Shown piece after piece: positions 50,350-60,507 of a DNA stretch of 64,000 nt. The DNA comes from Bacteroidia bacterium. GTDB lineage: Bacteria > Bacteroidota > Bacteroidia > M30B66. The position numbers and the translations under genes were made by a program. Within the stretch, counting starts at the first letter, position 1, and each line of letters starts with the position of its first letter. The notes under the pieces were generated by a model. That model did not search any database, was not told the origin of the DNA, and worked only from the letters and a program-made list of their open reading frames with translations. The stretch spans positions 1,536,001-1,600,000 of the forward strand of contig OZ257142.1 of the NCBI GenBank assembly GCA_965279035.1, in the 5' to 3' direction.

Positions 50350-51076
50350 GAGTTGGATTACTTTCAGGACGTGAAAACTGTTTACGTAGTTGCTTATAGC
50401 GCACAATGGATGAGCGAATGGAAATATTGGCAATCCACAGTCCGGTCATGATCCAACCAAAAACGGCAGGATAAAATACCATGCGCATATTTTTATCGAG
50501 GTCGTATGAGCTGAATGCAGGATTTCCGCCATTTCCAGGATGGAGTGAATCGACTTTATTCATGCGAGGATACACTACCAAGAATACAATCAACAATACG
50601 AATGCGAAGATGTTGTAAACCGCTGCAACACGTGCACGTTTTTGTTCTTCGTCCATTGAATTGCGAAGGATAATGTAAGCGAAATAAATAAGCAGGGAAA
50701 TAGCAGCACCATTGAGTTTCGGATCATTCACCCACCAAGCGCCCCAAGTGAAATGTGCCCAAACACTTCCGGTAGTTATACCTAACATTCCCAATAGAAT
50801 TCCAACATTAGCATAATGTTCCGCTTTGATATCGTCTTCGAAACGGCCACTTGACAAATAGCGAATACTAAATACCAAGGAAGCTCCAAGAATGAAAATC
50901 ATCGAAAACCACATGGTTACGTGGAAGTAGAGATTGCGAATGGTTTCGTGAAGAATGGGTAAACGGGGAACGGTTCCCAAGAATCCCATGATAATGGAAT
51001 AGAAAACCAAACAAACACCCAGCATTTTCCACCAATTTCGGGAGAGGAATGATGCTGAGGCAGGTGATTGAGACAT
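50339..51076 (-). CDS. ccmC: Heme exporter CcmC
   Basis: YFHV, WA..TWG.WW..DPKL, LHP; ATG 51076 lies downstream of a TAATTTTG promoter element. Confidence 0.9.
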   Translation of the reverse strand: MSQSPASASFLSRNWWKMLGVCLVFYSIIMGFLGTVPRLPILHETIRNLYFHVTMWFSMIFILGASLVFSIRYLSSGRFEDDIKAEHYANVGILLGMLGITTGSVWAHFTWGAWWVNDPKLNGAAISLLIYFAYIILRNSMDEEQKRARVAAVYNIFAFVLLIVFLVVYPRMNKVDSLHPGNGGNPAFSSYDLDKNMRMVFYPAVFGWIMTGLWIANISIRSSIVRYKQLRKQFSRPESNPTHVL

Positions 51077-51192
51077 AAAAGGCTTTTCGGTTGAGGTGGC
51101 AAAATTAGTCAATAATGCAATCGGTTGCTTGTTCGAAAATGTTCTAATAATTCCCTTTTCAACAGAATGAGTTTCTTCAGTTTTTTTTCATA

Positions 51193-51660
51193 TTGCAGAA
51201 AACCAAACCCGATTCAATGCAATCCTATTCTCCACTTGATTCAAATCAACAAAGTCAGGGAATTCAACTAGAATTTGCAGCGAAAAACTATTTATTACGC
51301 ACGGCAAAATGGGCTAAGTTTCTATCTATTGTCGGGTTTATTTTTGCCGGAATCATGGTGTTGGCTTCCATTTTTATCGGGATTTTTCTTGGAAATAGAA
51401 TTTCGAACGAAATCCCCGGATTTGTTTTTACAATCATCTATTTAGTCATAGGTGGAATTGCAATTCCTCCCATTTTATCACTCTATCGTTTTTCCGAAAG
51501 AGCCAAATCTGCTTGTAATCAAGGAGATTCTTTTTCATTAACCGAAGCATTGGGGCAACTCCATGCCCATTATCGATACAATGGAATTTTATTAATCATC
51601 GTCCTAAGTTCCTACTTGTTAGCGATTTTGGGAGGTGTTTTATATGCACTACTTCAATAA
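51193..51660 (+). CDS. DUF5362-like membrane protein
   Basis: L..TAKWAKFLSIVGFI motif, 3 TM. Confidence 0.7.
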   Translation: MQKTKPDSMQSYSPLDSNQQSQGIQLEFAAKNYLLRTAKWAKFLSIVGFIFAGIMVLASIFIGIFLGNRISNEIPGFVFTIIYLVIGGIAIPPILSLYRFSERAKSACNQGDSFSLTEALGQLHAHYRYNGILLIIVLSSYLLAILGGVLYALLQ

Positions 51661-51688
51661 TTAATAACCAACCCAAACCCCTTTTACT

Positions 51689-52123
51689 ATGGAAAACAAC
51701 ATACTCGATCAATCATCAGTTCAAAACGGACAAGTAGAATACGCCGGTTTTTGGACACGTTTCTTAGCTGCATTAATTGATGGACTTTTACTCGGCGCCA
51801 TTGGATATGGAATCGCAGCTATTCTTGGAGTAGATCAAACCAAAATGGGAGCTTTTCAAGGTATCACCATTATTCTTCAATGGTTGTATTATTCTTTTAT
51901 GGAATCTTCCGAAAAGCAAGCAACATTAGGGAAACAAGCCATGGGAATTAAAGTGACTACAATGGATGGTGAGCGAATCAATTTTGCTCAAGCTACTGGA
52001 CGTTATTTTTCTAAAATCCTATCTGCTTTGATTCTATTAATTGGTTACATCATGGCAGCGTTTACTGAAAAGAAACAAGCTTTGCACGATATCATTGCAG
52101 GAACTCTTGTCGTAAAAAAATAG
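51689..52123 (+). CDS. RDD family protein
   Basis: YAGFW.RF.A.LID, T.GK..G, Q.LHD.IAGT. Confidence 0.9.
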   Translation: MENNILDQSSVQNGQVEYAGFWTRFLAALIDGLLLGAIGYGIAAILGVDQTKMGAFQGITIILQWLYYSFMESSEKQATLGKQAMGIKVTTMDGERINFAQATGRYFSKILSALILLIGYIMAAFTEKKQALHDIIAGTLVVKK

Positions 52124-52134
52124 ACTTATTCGTC

Positions 52135-52164
52135 TGCAACCTCGGACTTCAGTCCGAGGTTACA
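52135..52164. terminator. Perfect palindrome between convergent genes (REP-like or bidirectional terminator)
   Basis: AACCTCGGACT-TC-AGTCCGAGGTT. Confidence 0.6.
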
Positions 52165-52168
52165 TGGG

Positions 52169-53503
52169 TTAGATTAAACCCCTCGATTTTAATTCAAGGT
52201 ATTTATTTACCGTATTCATCGAAAGTTCAGAAGGACGCGTATAAATAGTTTGAATACCGTGCTGTCTTAATAATTGAACAAGTCCAAGTTTCATTGTAAC
52301 ATGCTTCCTTGCTGTTGTTTGAACATAAATTTCTTCCAGTGTTTTTCCCGGTTGCAGTGCCAGTTCTGAGATATCCGTATTCTCGAAAAAGATTACTACC
52401 AACAAGTGCAAACGGTTGATTTTTCGAAGTAATGGCAATGCTCTTTCTAAAGCATGTTGACTTTCGAAGTTCGTATATAAAAAGAGCAAACTACGTTGGG
52501 ATAATCGGCCTCGAATGGTCGTGTACAACAATTCATAATTAGGCTCTAAATCTTTTTCTTTCAACAAATAAAGTGCTTCCAACAAATGCTTCATCTGCGA
52601 ACGCGATCGTTCTGCCTGAATCACTTTGGATGCATGACTAGAGAAATAAATCAATCCAGCTTTGTCTTGTTTACGTAAAGCGATGTTGGAAATCACTAAA
52701 CTGGTATTGATCGAATAATCCAACAAACTGAGTCCATCAAAAGGCAATTCCATCGAACGACTTTGATCAATCACATTGAAAATCTGCTGTGATTTTTCGT
52801 CTTCGTATTGGTTTACCATCAACTTACCGCGGCGACTTGTTGCTTTCCAGTTTACACTTCGAAATTCATCCCCGCTTACATATTCTTTTATCTGCTCAAA
52901 TTCATAGCTGTGGCCAATGCGACGAATTTTTCGAATGCCTTTAGACGTGTTTAAATCGGCAAACGTGCGAAGTTCAAACTGTTTCATCTCCAGAATCGAT
53001 GGCATCACTGCAACTTCTTTCGACAATTCAAGTTCAAAGCGCCTACTGATTAGACCAATTCGGGAACGAACAAGTAAAAACACATTTCCAAATTGATAAA
53101 CACCGCGTATTACCGGGCGAATCGGATAGGTTAAACGAATTTTATTTCCTGGAGCTAAATCCGCCATCAAACTAAAATCGCGTTTTTGCAATTGTTCTGG
53201 AAGTTCATCAATCACTTCGGCTTTAAGCGATTGATTAGAGAGGTTAGCAAGCGAAAGCTGAACTTCGTGAACAGAACCTAATGAAAGAATTCGAGGCATG
53301 ATGCGAGAAGCCTGAAATCGAATTCCAGTTGCATACAGCAACACCATATCTCCAGCACCCAAAGCCAATATTAAAGCCAGCAATAGTTGAGCTATTGGAA
53401 ACAAAAAGGCAAAAGGAAACGACAGGGCAAAAACTCCTGCGATTATCCCTAAAGCCAAATTGAATCGGGCTGTTGGCTGTATGGAACGGATAAGTTTCAT
53501 CAA
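52169..53503 (-). CDS. DUF58 (vWA-like) protein
   Basis: EFEQIKEY..GD..R.VNWKAT.R, D.SRSM. Confidence 0.9.
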   Translation of the reverse strand: MMKLIRSIQPTARFNLALGIIAGVFALSFPFAFLFPIAQLLLALILALGAGDMVLLYATGIRFQASRIMPRILSLGSVHEVQLSLANLSNQSLKAEVIDELPEQLQKRDFSLMADLAPGNKIRLTYPIRPVIRGVYQFGNVFLLVRSRIGLISRRFELELSKEVAVMPSILEMKQFELRTFADLNTSKGIRKIRRIGHSYEFEQIKEYVSGDEFRSVNWKATSRRGKLMVNQYEDEKSQQIFNVIDQSRSMELPFDGLSLLDYSINTSLVISNIALRKQDKAGLIYFSSHASKVIQAERSRSQMKHLLEALYLLKEKDLEPNYELLYTTIRGRLSQRSLLFLYTNFESQHALERALPLLRKINRLHLLVVIFFENTDISELALQPGKTLEEIYVQTTARKHVTMKLGLVQLLRQHGIQTIYTRPSELSMNTVNKYLELKSRGLI

Positions 53504-54561
53504 CGCGGCACTTCGGTTTGTTGGAGAATGCGTTTGATTACTTGAACACTATCTACACCTTCCATTTCACGTTCGGGCGTTAATTGGATGCGGTGATTTA
53601 AGACTGGAATAGCCACATGGCGAATATCATCTGGAATGACAAAAGATCTTCCATTGATTGCTGCAAAAGCTTTGGATGCGCGCAGTATAGCCAGCGATGC
53701 ACGTGGTGATGCTCCGAGGAAAAGGTCGCTGTCGTTACGTGTTTGAAACACGATTTGAGCAATGTATCCTAGCAATTCATCTTTGATGTGAACCTGTTCT
53801 ACCAGCTTTCGGATATGAGCAATTTTGTGAGGATCTAGAACCGGTGTGAGGCTTTCCATGTATCGCTTATTGAAATCGTCGCGGAAGCGTGATAGAATGG
53901 CGATTTCCTGATTCAAATCGGGATAGTCGATCCGTATGCGGAAGAGAAAACGGTCGAGTTGTGCTTCAGGTAAACGATACGTACCTTCTTGTTCTATCGG
54001 ATTTTGAGTTGCTAAAACTAGAAACGGACTTGCCAATTCATACGTATTTCCATCAACCGTAATTTGCTGTTCTTCCATTACTTCGAACAATGCAGCCTGA
54101 GTTTTTGCAGGAGCACGATTAATCTCATCAATCAAGACAACATTGGCGAAAATAGGTCCTCGGTTGAAGGTAAATTCCGATGTTTTAAGGTTGAAAATAC
54201 TTGTGCCCGTTACATCCGAAGGCATCAAATCGGGTGTGAACTGAATGCGTGAATAATCGAGCTGAAGCGTTTTAGCAAGTAAACGTGCACTCAGTGTTTT
54301 AGCGATACCCGGAACACCTTCGAGTAACATATGCCCGCCTGCAAATAGTCCGGTAAGTAAATGCGTTACAAGTTCATCTTGTCCGATAAGCACTTTTCCC
54401 ATTTGTTCACGAATCTCATCGGCTGCTTCCATGACCGGCAAAACTGCTTTTTCAGGACCATCATCGATAGGTTGATCATTCGTAATTTCAGGCTGGATCG
54501 TTGGCTGTGCTGATTCTTCCGGATTTCCGGATGTTTCATTCAGTTCGTTTTCTGTACTCAT
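53500..54561 (-). CDS. moxR: MoxR family AAA+ ATPase
   Basis: GVPGIAKT, RIQFTPDLMPSD, DEINR, ATQNPIE, QLDRF. Confidence 0.95.
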   Translation of the reverse strand: MSTENELNETSGNPEESAQPTIQPEITNDQPIDDGPEKAVLPVMEAADEIREQMGKVLIGQDELVTHLLTGLFAGGHMLLEGVPGIAKTLSARLLAKTLQLDYSRIQFTPDLMPSDVTGTSIFNLKTSEFTFNRGPIFANVVLIDEINRAPAKTQAALFEVMEEQQITVDGNTYELASPFLVLATQNPIEQEGTYRLPEAQLDRFLFRIRIDYPDLNQEIAILSRFRDDFNKRYMESLTPVLDPHKIAHIRKLVEQVHIKDELLGYIAQIVFQTRNDSDLFLGASPRASLAILRASKAFAAINGRSFVIPDDIRHVAIPVLNHRIQLTPEREMEGVDSVQVIKRILQQTEVPR

Positions 54562-55817
54562 TTGGCAAGGGTATAAAACTGTGATAGAAGTTTGTAAAAA
54601 GCAATAATTTCTTGGTCATCTAACTCCACATACACTTTCAATCGGTTTTCTTCTTCCATGATTTTTCGAATGTGCTCAATTGGAACGCCCGATCGCATGG
54701 ATAAAAGTTGACAATTTTCTTCATTCAATTCTTTGGAAAATACGCGGTATCGTTCTCGGATGAATGAATAAAAATAACGCATCTGATGACGCATTAAGGT
54801 TTGATGATTTCGTTGATGAAAATACAATCGACCGATGGACTGAACAAACTCCAATGAACTATTGATTTTAGGTTCGATGATCGGTATAATCTTCTGTCGA
54901 CGGCGTGTGTAAAATAGGAGGTAAATAAGCCCTAATCCAAGTAACACATAAAAGCTCCAACGTAAAGAACGGTTTGAAAGGATGAAGCTAAGTGGAGTTT
55001 CATTGGTGCCATGAATTTTGGGTGCGCCTTCCTCATTATGTTCATTGCGATGATATTCATCCCAAAAGAGATCTCCCGATTTTAAATAACTCAGCGCTTT
55101 TGCAGCATAAATAGCTTCCTCTTTTCGAATTAAATGATAGTTCGTGAACATGAGCGGAGTTGTATGAAGCAAGAAAACTCCTTTGCCTTTTTTTATTCGC
55201 ACATAATTCACCAAGTTAGGCTCGAAATAGGCGAGTGGTTCCATTGGACTATTCTCGCAAAACTGAATGGAATCAAAGGCTCCAAAATCGTATCGATGAA
55301 TTTCCTTTTTGTATTGAAAATGAAACTCTGTTCCTTCATTTGATTTAAGTTGAGGGTGATAATAATTCGCGTAAACGATGCTATCGTAATAATAATATGA
55401 ATTGCTGTAATTACTACCGGCACAAGCGCTATCGTAAATCGATTCCATAATGCTTATTGGAAAAGACTTAGCCGAAATAAAAGCGGTATTTCCATTTTCT
55501 ACCCAGCGTATTAATTGATTTTGTTCGTTTTCGCTTAGATAAAGTTCTCGACCAATGAATACGTATGTTCCTTTTTGCTTTTGTGAATTCAATGAATCCG
55601 TTTCGAAACTCTGATTGATTTGATTGAAAGCATAAATAGGAAATTGGTCATCCAGTAAATCATGAATCACTTGCGTACCATACGGTTGATCACTAGTAGG
55701 ATCGAAGCTTTCGTACCAATTAAATTCATCATCACCCGAATTGAGATACCAAAAAATCCCAATCAGTAATATGGCAAGTAGGGCAATGAAAATTCCATTG
55801 AGTGGTGTTTTTTTCAT
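54558..55817 (-). CDS. DUF4350-like membrane-anchored protein
   Basis: PYGT, WV..GN.AFI, P..FTNY, SLEFV..IG.LY; MoxR cluster position. Confidence 0.75.
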   Translation of the reverse strand: MKKTPLNGIFIALLAILLIGIFWYLNSGDDEFNWYESFDPTSDQPYGTQVIHDLLDDQFPIYAFNQINQSFETDSLNSQKQKGTYVFIGRELYLSENEQNQLIRWVENGNTAFISAKSFPISIMESIYDSACAGSNYSNSYYYYDSIVYANYYHPQLKSNEGTEFHFQYKKEIHRYDFGAFDSIQFCENSPMEPLAYFEPNLVNYVRIKKGKGVFLLHTTPLMFTNYHLIRKEEAIYAAKALSYLKSGDLFWDEYHRNEHNEEGAPKIHGTNETPLSFILSNRSLRWSFYVLLGLGLIYLLFYTRRRQKIIPIIEPKINSSLEFVQSIGRLYFHQRNHQTLMRHQMRYFYSFIRERYRVFSKELNEENCQLLSMRSGVPIEHIRKIMEEENRLKVYVELDDQEIIAFYKLLSQFYTLAK

Positions 55818-56653
55818 GCCTTCGTGTTTGATTTATATTCCGCAATGGATGAACGGAATGCGTGAAACAAAGGCTCAAGCCGACGATATGCAGCTTCATT
55901 TGGAGGAGTAGAACTATACCAACTTTTTTCGAACCAGCGCGTTAGATCTCTAAAGCGACGATGAAAAGATGTGGATCTTAATTCACCCACATAATCGGCA
56001 TTGGTTTTATCTTTTTTCCATCGTATGAGTTGAATACGATGTAGATCAGCAAGCGTTTGCAAATAGAGCAATCGCACAGCAAAAGCATAATTCCCTGCTG
56101 CTAAACATTCATCCAATTTACGCTGAAGAATTTGCTCTGGTGAAGCTTCTTTCTCAATATCCACCTGCAACCATTCCGGATCTTCTTTGATATTCGGATT
56201 GTTTTTCCCTGCATTTTTAATAATAAAGTAAATCAGGAAACATAAAACCAAGAGAATGATGACAATCAGTATTACTTGTCCGACACCTAAAAACGATGTT
56301 TTGGTATTTAATTTCAGTTCGGGTGCAGGAGTTTTCTTTTTGACTTCTTGCTTTTTTTCTTTGTCGTAATTCAATCCACGAATGGCCTTGGCATAATCAC
56401 TTTCATCGAATGCTTTTTTTCCAGTGTTTTCGGGGCGGTATTTTTCAGAGATACTATCGATTGAAAACCCAGCTGAATGTCCAGTGTAATTCTCTTCTTC
56501 GTTGTAGTTCTCAGTAGCATCATCTGCATCTACTTCTTCGCTCTCATATACAACTGAATCTGTTTTTGTTGTATCAGGAAGAACTTCGGTTTGTCCTTGA
56601 ATAAAGGAAATCGAATGAGTGAATATGAAAATAGATAGGATTAATTTCTTCAT
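55814..56653 (-). CDS. DUF4129 domain protein
   Basis: AVR.LYL..L, KTN.DY..E, F..LT..FE..WY. Confidence 0.8.
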   Translation of the reverse strand: MKKLILSIFIFTHSISFIQGQTEVLPDTTKTDSVVYESEEVDADDATENYNEEENYTGHSAGFSIDSISEKYRPENTGKKAFDESDYAKAIRGLNYDKEKKQEVKKKTPAPELKLNTKTSFLGVGQVILIVIILLVLCFLIYFIIKNAGKNNPNIKEDPEWLQVDIEKEASPEQILQRKLDECLAAGNYAFAVRLLYLQTLADLHRIQLIRWKKDKTNADYVGELRSTSFHRRFRDLTRWFEKSWYSSTPPNEAAYRRLEPLFHAFRSSIAEYKSNTKA

Positions 56654-58491
56654 TCGTTTGCTAATCCAGATTTACGGATTCGTTCAATTAATCCGGGAGC
56701 TTCACTTATTTCGCGGTAAGAATAATACGAATAAGCCATGCTAGTTAGCAATAAAGGAATGAGAAAGAAAACGGCTGAGCAGGTTAACAATGCTATAATT
56801 CCAGTTTTTATCCAGGCATACACTTCATCATCTAGTTTGAAATTCCAACTTAAAATGGAAGTATCCATCAAGGGAAGTATGACATCGGAAAGCAATAAGA
56901 AAAAGATCCCAATAATAGCAATACCGATGAAAGCTCCGTAATGACGAGCCAATCCACTAAATGCAATTTTCAATAATCCAGAAAGCGCATTTCCAAATGA
57001 TAATTCTGTGACTTGCCAGCCAGCCTGCAATTGCATGAAGAAAGGTAGAATAATGAGAAATAATAAAAAGCCAAATCCACTATCCAAAAAAAGTGGGAGT
57101 ATCAGCGGAATTAAAAGGATGAAACTACCGATGAATTTCTCCACTTGAAATTGTATTCCAGATTTAGTTCGCGTTTCGGCAGGTGCCATAAGTAAAGGTT
57201 CGGTTCTCCAACTTTGTCCGAAAATACAGGCAGTAAGAGCCGAAAGTGCAAGGAAAATAAAGCTGATTAATAAAGAACTTTCAATGGGAAAAAGCAGTCC
57301 TAATTTCAGGAAAAACCAGTTGTAATTAGCGAGAAAATCAGTCATTAAAAATCCGCGAAGAAATAGGATTGATATGGCATATAAAGTTGAAATACCCAAA
57401 TACCATTTCCAGTATTTACTCAAGAGGCGTATATAGGTCCTAAAGCTATCACCAAAAATAGCGCTTCCACTTTTTATTTGATCTAATTCAGGCGCAAATA
57501 CAGGCGTTGCTGGCATGCGTTGCTCATTCATTTTAAATGGAATTCCTCTCTTGGCTTTGCGGATTGGATAAATTACAAAGTAGCTAATGATGAAGAATAG
57601 TTGCAATAAAATAAAGGACAATCGGATAATGTTATCGAGTTCGGTGTAGCGGGTAATAAAGGCTTCGATCAAAGCCGCTACAATAATAATGGGTGTGATT
57701 CCTGCCATGATTTTAATTCCAGAACGGGCAGAAATTCGGAGTGCTTGTAGTCGGGTAAATGTAACTGGAAATACCAATCCTTTTCCCATCACCAAACCGG
57801 CTCCACCAGCAATGATAATGGAGGCAATTTCCATGGTGCCATGCATCCAAATGGTTAATGCAGAGTCGACAAACAAGCCACGGCTTATGAAGAAATATTG
57901 AAAAACACCTACCATGATTCCATTGGAAACGGTTGAACCGATCGTCCCAACAGCGAAGAATAATCCTAGAATAAATGTTCGAAAAGCAACAATAAGATTA
58001 TTCTGTGCGATATAAAGAAACATGTTGAGCGCATCGCGGTCTTTATAAACCGCCATAGGATCGCCCGACTGAATATTGGTATTCGTCATATCGACATATC
58101 CGGCACCCAAAATTGTTTGGGCAAAACTACTGTCGTAATGGCTCGATAACGCACCGATAAACATGCAGAATGTAAAAAGGAGAAACGAAAAAATCATCTC
58201 TTTGCGACTGTGATACACAACTCCAGGAAGATCTTCTTTCCAGAAATTAAAGAGGCGTTTTTTGTGGTTGACGGTATTTTTTAGAAGTGTTCCAAAAACT
58301 TTTTGAGTAAGCTGGTTGAGGTATACACGTACAACCCGGTTTCCATAATAGGTTCGAGCGTAGGATAAATCATCACTCACTTGAATGAATAATTCACTGG
58401 CTTTATCAGGATCGCGGTGTTTGTCCGAAAGCAATTTCTCGAGCTCAACCCATTTTTCCTTATTTTGCTCAATAAAGCGAGTTTCTTTCAT
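56650..58491 (-). CDS. SpoIIM-like (DUF95) membrane protein with C-terminal extension
   Basis: MKE..FI.QN..KW, DDLSYARTYY, NN..VA, HG..E. Confidence 0.85.
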   Translation of the reverse strand: MKETRFIEQNKEKWVELEKLLSDKHRDPDKASELFIQVSDDLSYARTYYGNRVVRVYLNQLTQKVFGTLLKNTVNHKKRLFNFWKEDLPGVVYHSRKEMIFSFLLFTFCMFIGALSSHYDSSFAQTILGAGYVDMTNTNIQSGDPMAVYKDRDALNMFLYIAQNNLIVAFRTFILGLFFAVGTIGSTVSNGIMVGVFQYFFISRGLFVDSALTIWMHGTMEIASIIIAGGAGLVMGKGLVFPVTFTRLQALRISARSGIKIMAGITPIIIVAALIEAFITRYTELDNIIRLSFILLQLFFIISYFVIYPIRKAKRGIPFKMNEQRMPATPVFAPELDQIKSGSAIFGDSFRTYIRLLSKYWKWYLGISTLYAISILFLRGFLMTDFLANYNWFFLKLGLLFPIESSLLISFIFLALSALTACIFGQSWRTEPLLMAPAETRTKSGIQFQVEKFIGSFILLIPLILPLFLDSGFGFLLFLIILPFFMQLQAGWQVTELSFGNALSGLLKIAFSGLARHYGAFIGIAIIGIFFLLLSDVILPLMDTSILSWNFKLDDEVYAWIKTGIIALLTCSAVFFLIPLLLTSMAYSYYSYREISEAPGLIERIRKSGLANE

Positions 58492-58547
58492 CCGATAAAA
58501 ATCCAGTATCTTGGAAGCCGAAAAATAGGAATTCTTTTATATTCAAG

Positions 58548-59282
58548 ATGCGCCGTATCGAAATCATTACTCCGCAAAACGTTCCCATCCTGTATCAGCT
58601 CGCATCGGTGCGTGAGCGCATGTTGGCTTTCTTTCTGGATGCCTTGATTTTGCTAATTTTTCTCTACTTTCTCTACTTTGTGTGCATATCAACTTTTGGA
58701 GAAAACTCATTGATGTTTGTTTTATATGTAATCATTTTTCCCATTGCATTCTTCTATTCTTTGGCTTTCGAAGTGTTTAATCACGGTCAATCCATTGGCA
58801 AACGTGCAATGCAAATTAAAGTTGTCAAACTAACAGGTGTCGAAATTAGCTTGTCGGATTATCTTTTACGTTGGGCTTTCCGTTGGATTGATCTCTGGGG
58901 ATCGCTTGGTTCTATTGCTGCTTTGCAAGTAAGTTCTTCGAATAAAGGTCAACGCATTGGCGATTTGTTGGCCGATACAACGGTGGTTCGCTTACGCGCT
59001 GATTTTTCTGTATCACTAAATGATTTGCTAGCAATTAAAAGCACATCTGATCACGAGGTGATTTATCCTGAAATACGTAGGATGAAAGAAGAAGAAATGT
59101 TACTGGTAAAGTCGACGCTTGATCAGTATCGACGATTCCCGAATGAAGCACATAAAGAAGCCTTAATTCTGATTGCCAATAGTGTTGCTAAACGCATTGA
59201 ATTGGAACAAATTCCCAAGGATAAACAGGCATTTCTCATTCGAGCATTAACCGATTATGTAACGGTAACGCGATCGGCTTGA
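58548..59282 (+). CDS. RDD family protein
   Basis: R..AF.LD, GQSIGK, QRIGDL.A.T.V. Confidence 0.9.
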   Translation: MRRIEIITPQNVPILYQLASVRERMLAFFLDALILLIFLYFLYFVCISTFGENSLMFVLYVIIFPIAFFYSLAFEVFNHGQSIGKRAMQIKVVKLTGVEISLSDYLLRWAFRWIDLWGSLGSIAALQVSSSNKGQRIGDLLADTTVVRLRADFSVSLNDLLAIKSTSDHEVIYPEIRRMKEEEMLLVKSTLDQYRRFPNEAHKEALILIANSVAKRIELEQIPKDKQAFLIRALTDYVTVTRSA

Positions 59283-59381
59283 AGAAAAATTGTAAAAACA
59301 CTTCCTTATATAATAAAGTGGGGGATTGATGTAGATTGCTTTTAAACACTACTTAATCGAATGACTATAAAATATTTTTCG

Positions 59382-60008
59382 TTAATTCATTTGATTCTTA
59401 GATATTAACCAAATCTTAATATTTTCTATAAACTCAGGAATTGGCATAAAATCAATATCAGAATGAGAAAATCCATCTTTTATTTTTTCATCAAATAAGT
59501 TTGCCATAAAATCATTGAAATTATACCAAATTTTTGCAGTGCTTTTTGCTCCTTTATAGTTGACTGTTTCTACAAACCAATCACGAACAGCTCTTACAAC
59601 TTCCTGAGGTTCATTTTTATGAGATTTTATATCGAAGCCATTGATATCTGAAAATGCTTTCATATATCGATAACTCTCTTTCTCTAATATTAAAAACCGT
59701 TTTCCGCTATGAGCAATTCCTGAATATAGGCGACATCCGAAATCAATTCCAAGTTCAAAAGGCATATTTAACCTATAATATTCTTTCTTTTTGATTGATT
59801 GTATTCTAGAAATATCATGAATACTGAACTTTGATTCTGCAATTAAGTTTTTGATTTTCTCAATTCTAGGTATGCCAGAATCGGAATTTTCTTTTGCTAT
59901 TCTTGGCTCAAAATTATGATATAGAATTGTAAAAAGTAAGGTTCTTAGTAATGGTAAATATTCGTTATCAAATGGGCAATTAATAAATACGTTTTTTTCA
60001 TATTCCAT
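59382..60008 (-). CDS. Nucleoside 2-deoxyribosyltransferase/TIR-like Rossmann-fold protein
   Basis: VFINCPFD, SIHDISR, RLNMPFELG, SDI.G.D...H motifs. Confidence 0.6.
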   Translation of the reverse strand: MEYEKNVFINCPFDNEYLPLLRTLLFTILYHNFEPRIAKENSDSGIPRIEKIKNLIAESKFSIHDISRIQSIKKKEYYRLNMPFELGIDFGCRLYSGIAHSGKRFLILEKESYRYMKAFSDINGFDIKSHKNEPQEVVRAVRDWFVETVNYKGAKSTAKIWYNFNDFMANLFDEKIKDGFSHSDIDFMPIPEFIENIKIWLISKNQMN

Positions 60009-60011
60009 AAA

Positions 60012-60248
60012 CTAAGTGTTTTTATCTTTAAGAGGATTTGGATCATTTCCATGACTATCTTTTCTTTCTATGGTGCCATCTTTTTTATGAATGTATAGCT
60101 CAGATTCTTGGTTCTTACTAATTTCACGAGCATATTCTACTGCTTCTCTTTTAATTTCAAAACTTTTAGAAGCTTTTTTTGCTCCCCCTTTTGTTACATT
60201 CCAACCTCCATTTCTAGAAGGAACAACGTGATGTGTTTTTCTTGACAT
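60012..60248 (-). CDS. DUF2188 domain protein
   Basis: HVVP...GW.V...G...AS..F.....A...AR......EL.IH..DG.I....S.G.DP; ATG 60248; TAAATTTG promoter element at 60267-60274. Confidence 0.85.
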   Translation of the reverse strand: MSRKTHHVVPSRNGGWNVTKGGAKKASKSFEIKREAVEYAREISKNQESELYIHKKDGTIERKDSHGNDPNPLKDKNT

Positions 60249-60507
60249 AACTTTAAAATATTCACTCAAATTTAAGAATTATTCAAGTCATAAATAAACT
60301 AAGCTATGTTTCCGATTGATTGTTAATAAATATTCGATAAATGGATCCAAAAAGTAAACGTTGAACGAGTGAATTGATCAAATGAATTGGTATTTTACTT
60401 ATTGTGCACTAATATGGCATGGATAGCAAGTGATTATTCTAAGAATTAAATCAATTTCAAATTCATTTTACATAAAAAATTTGATTTGAAGAATTCTAAA
60501 TTCCTCA

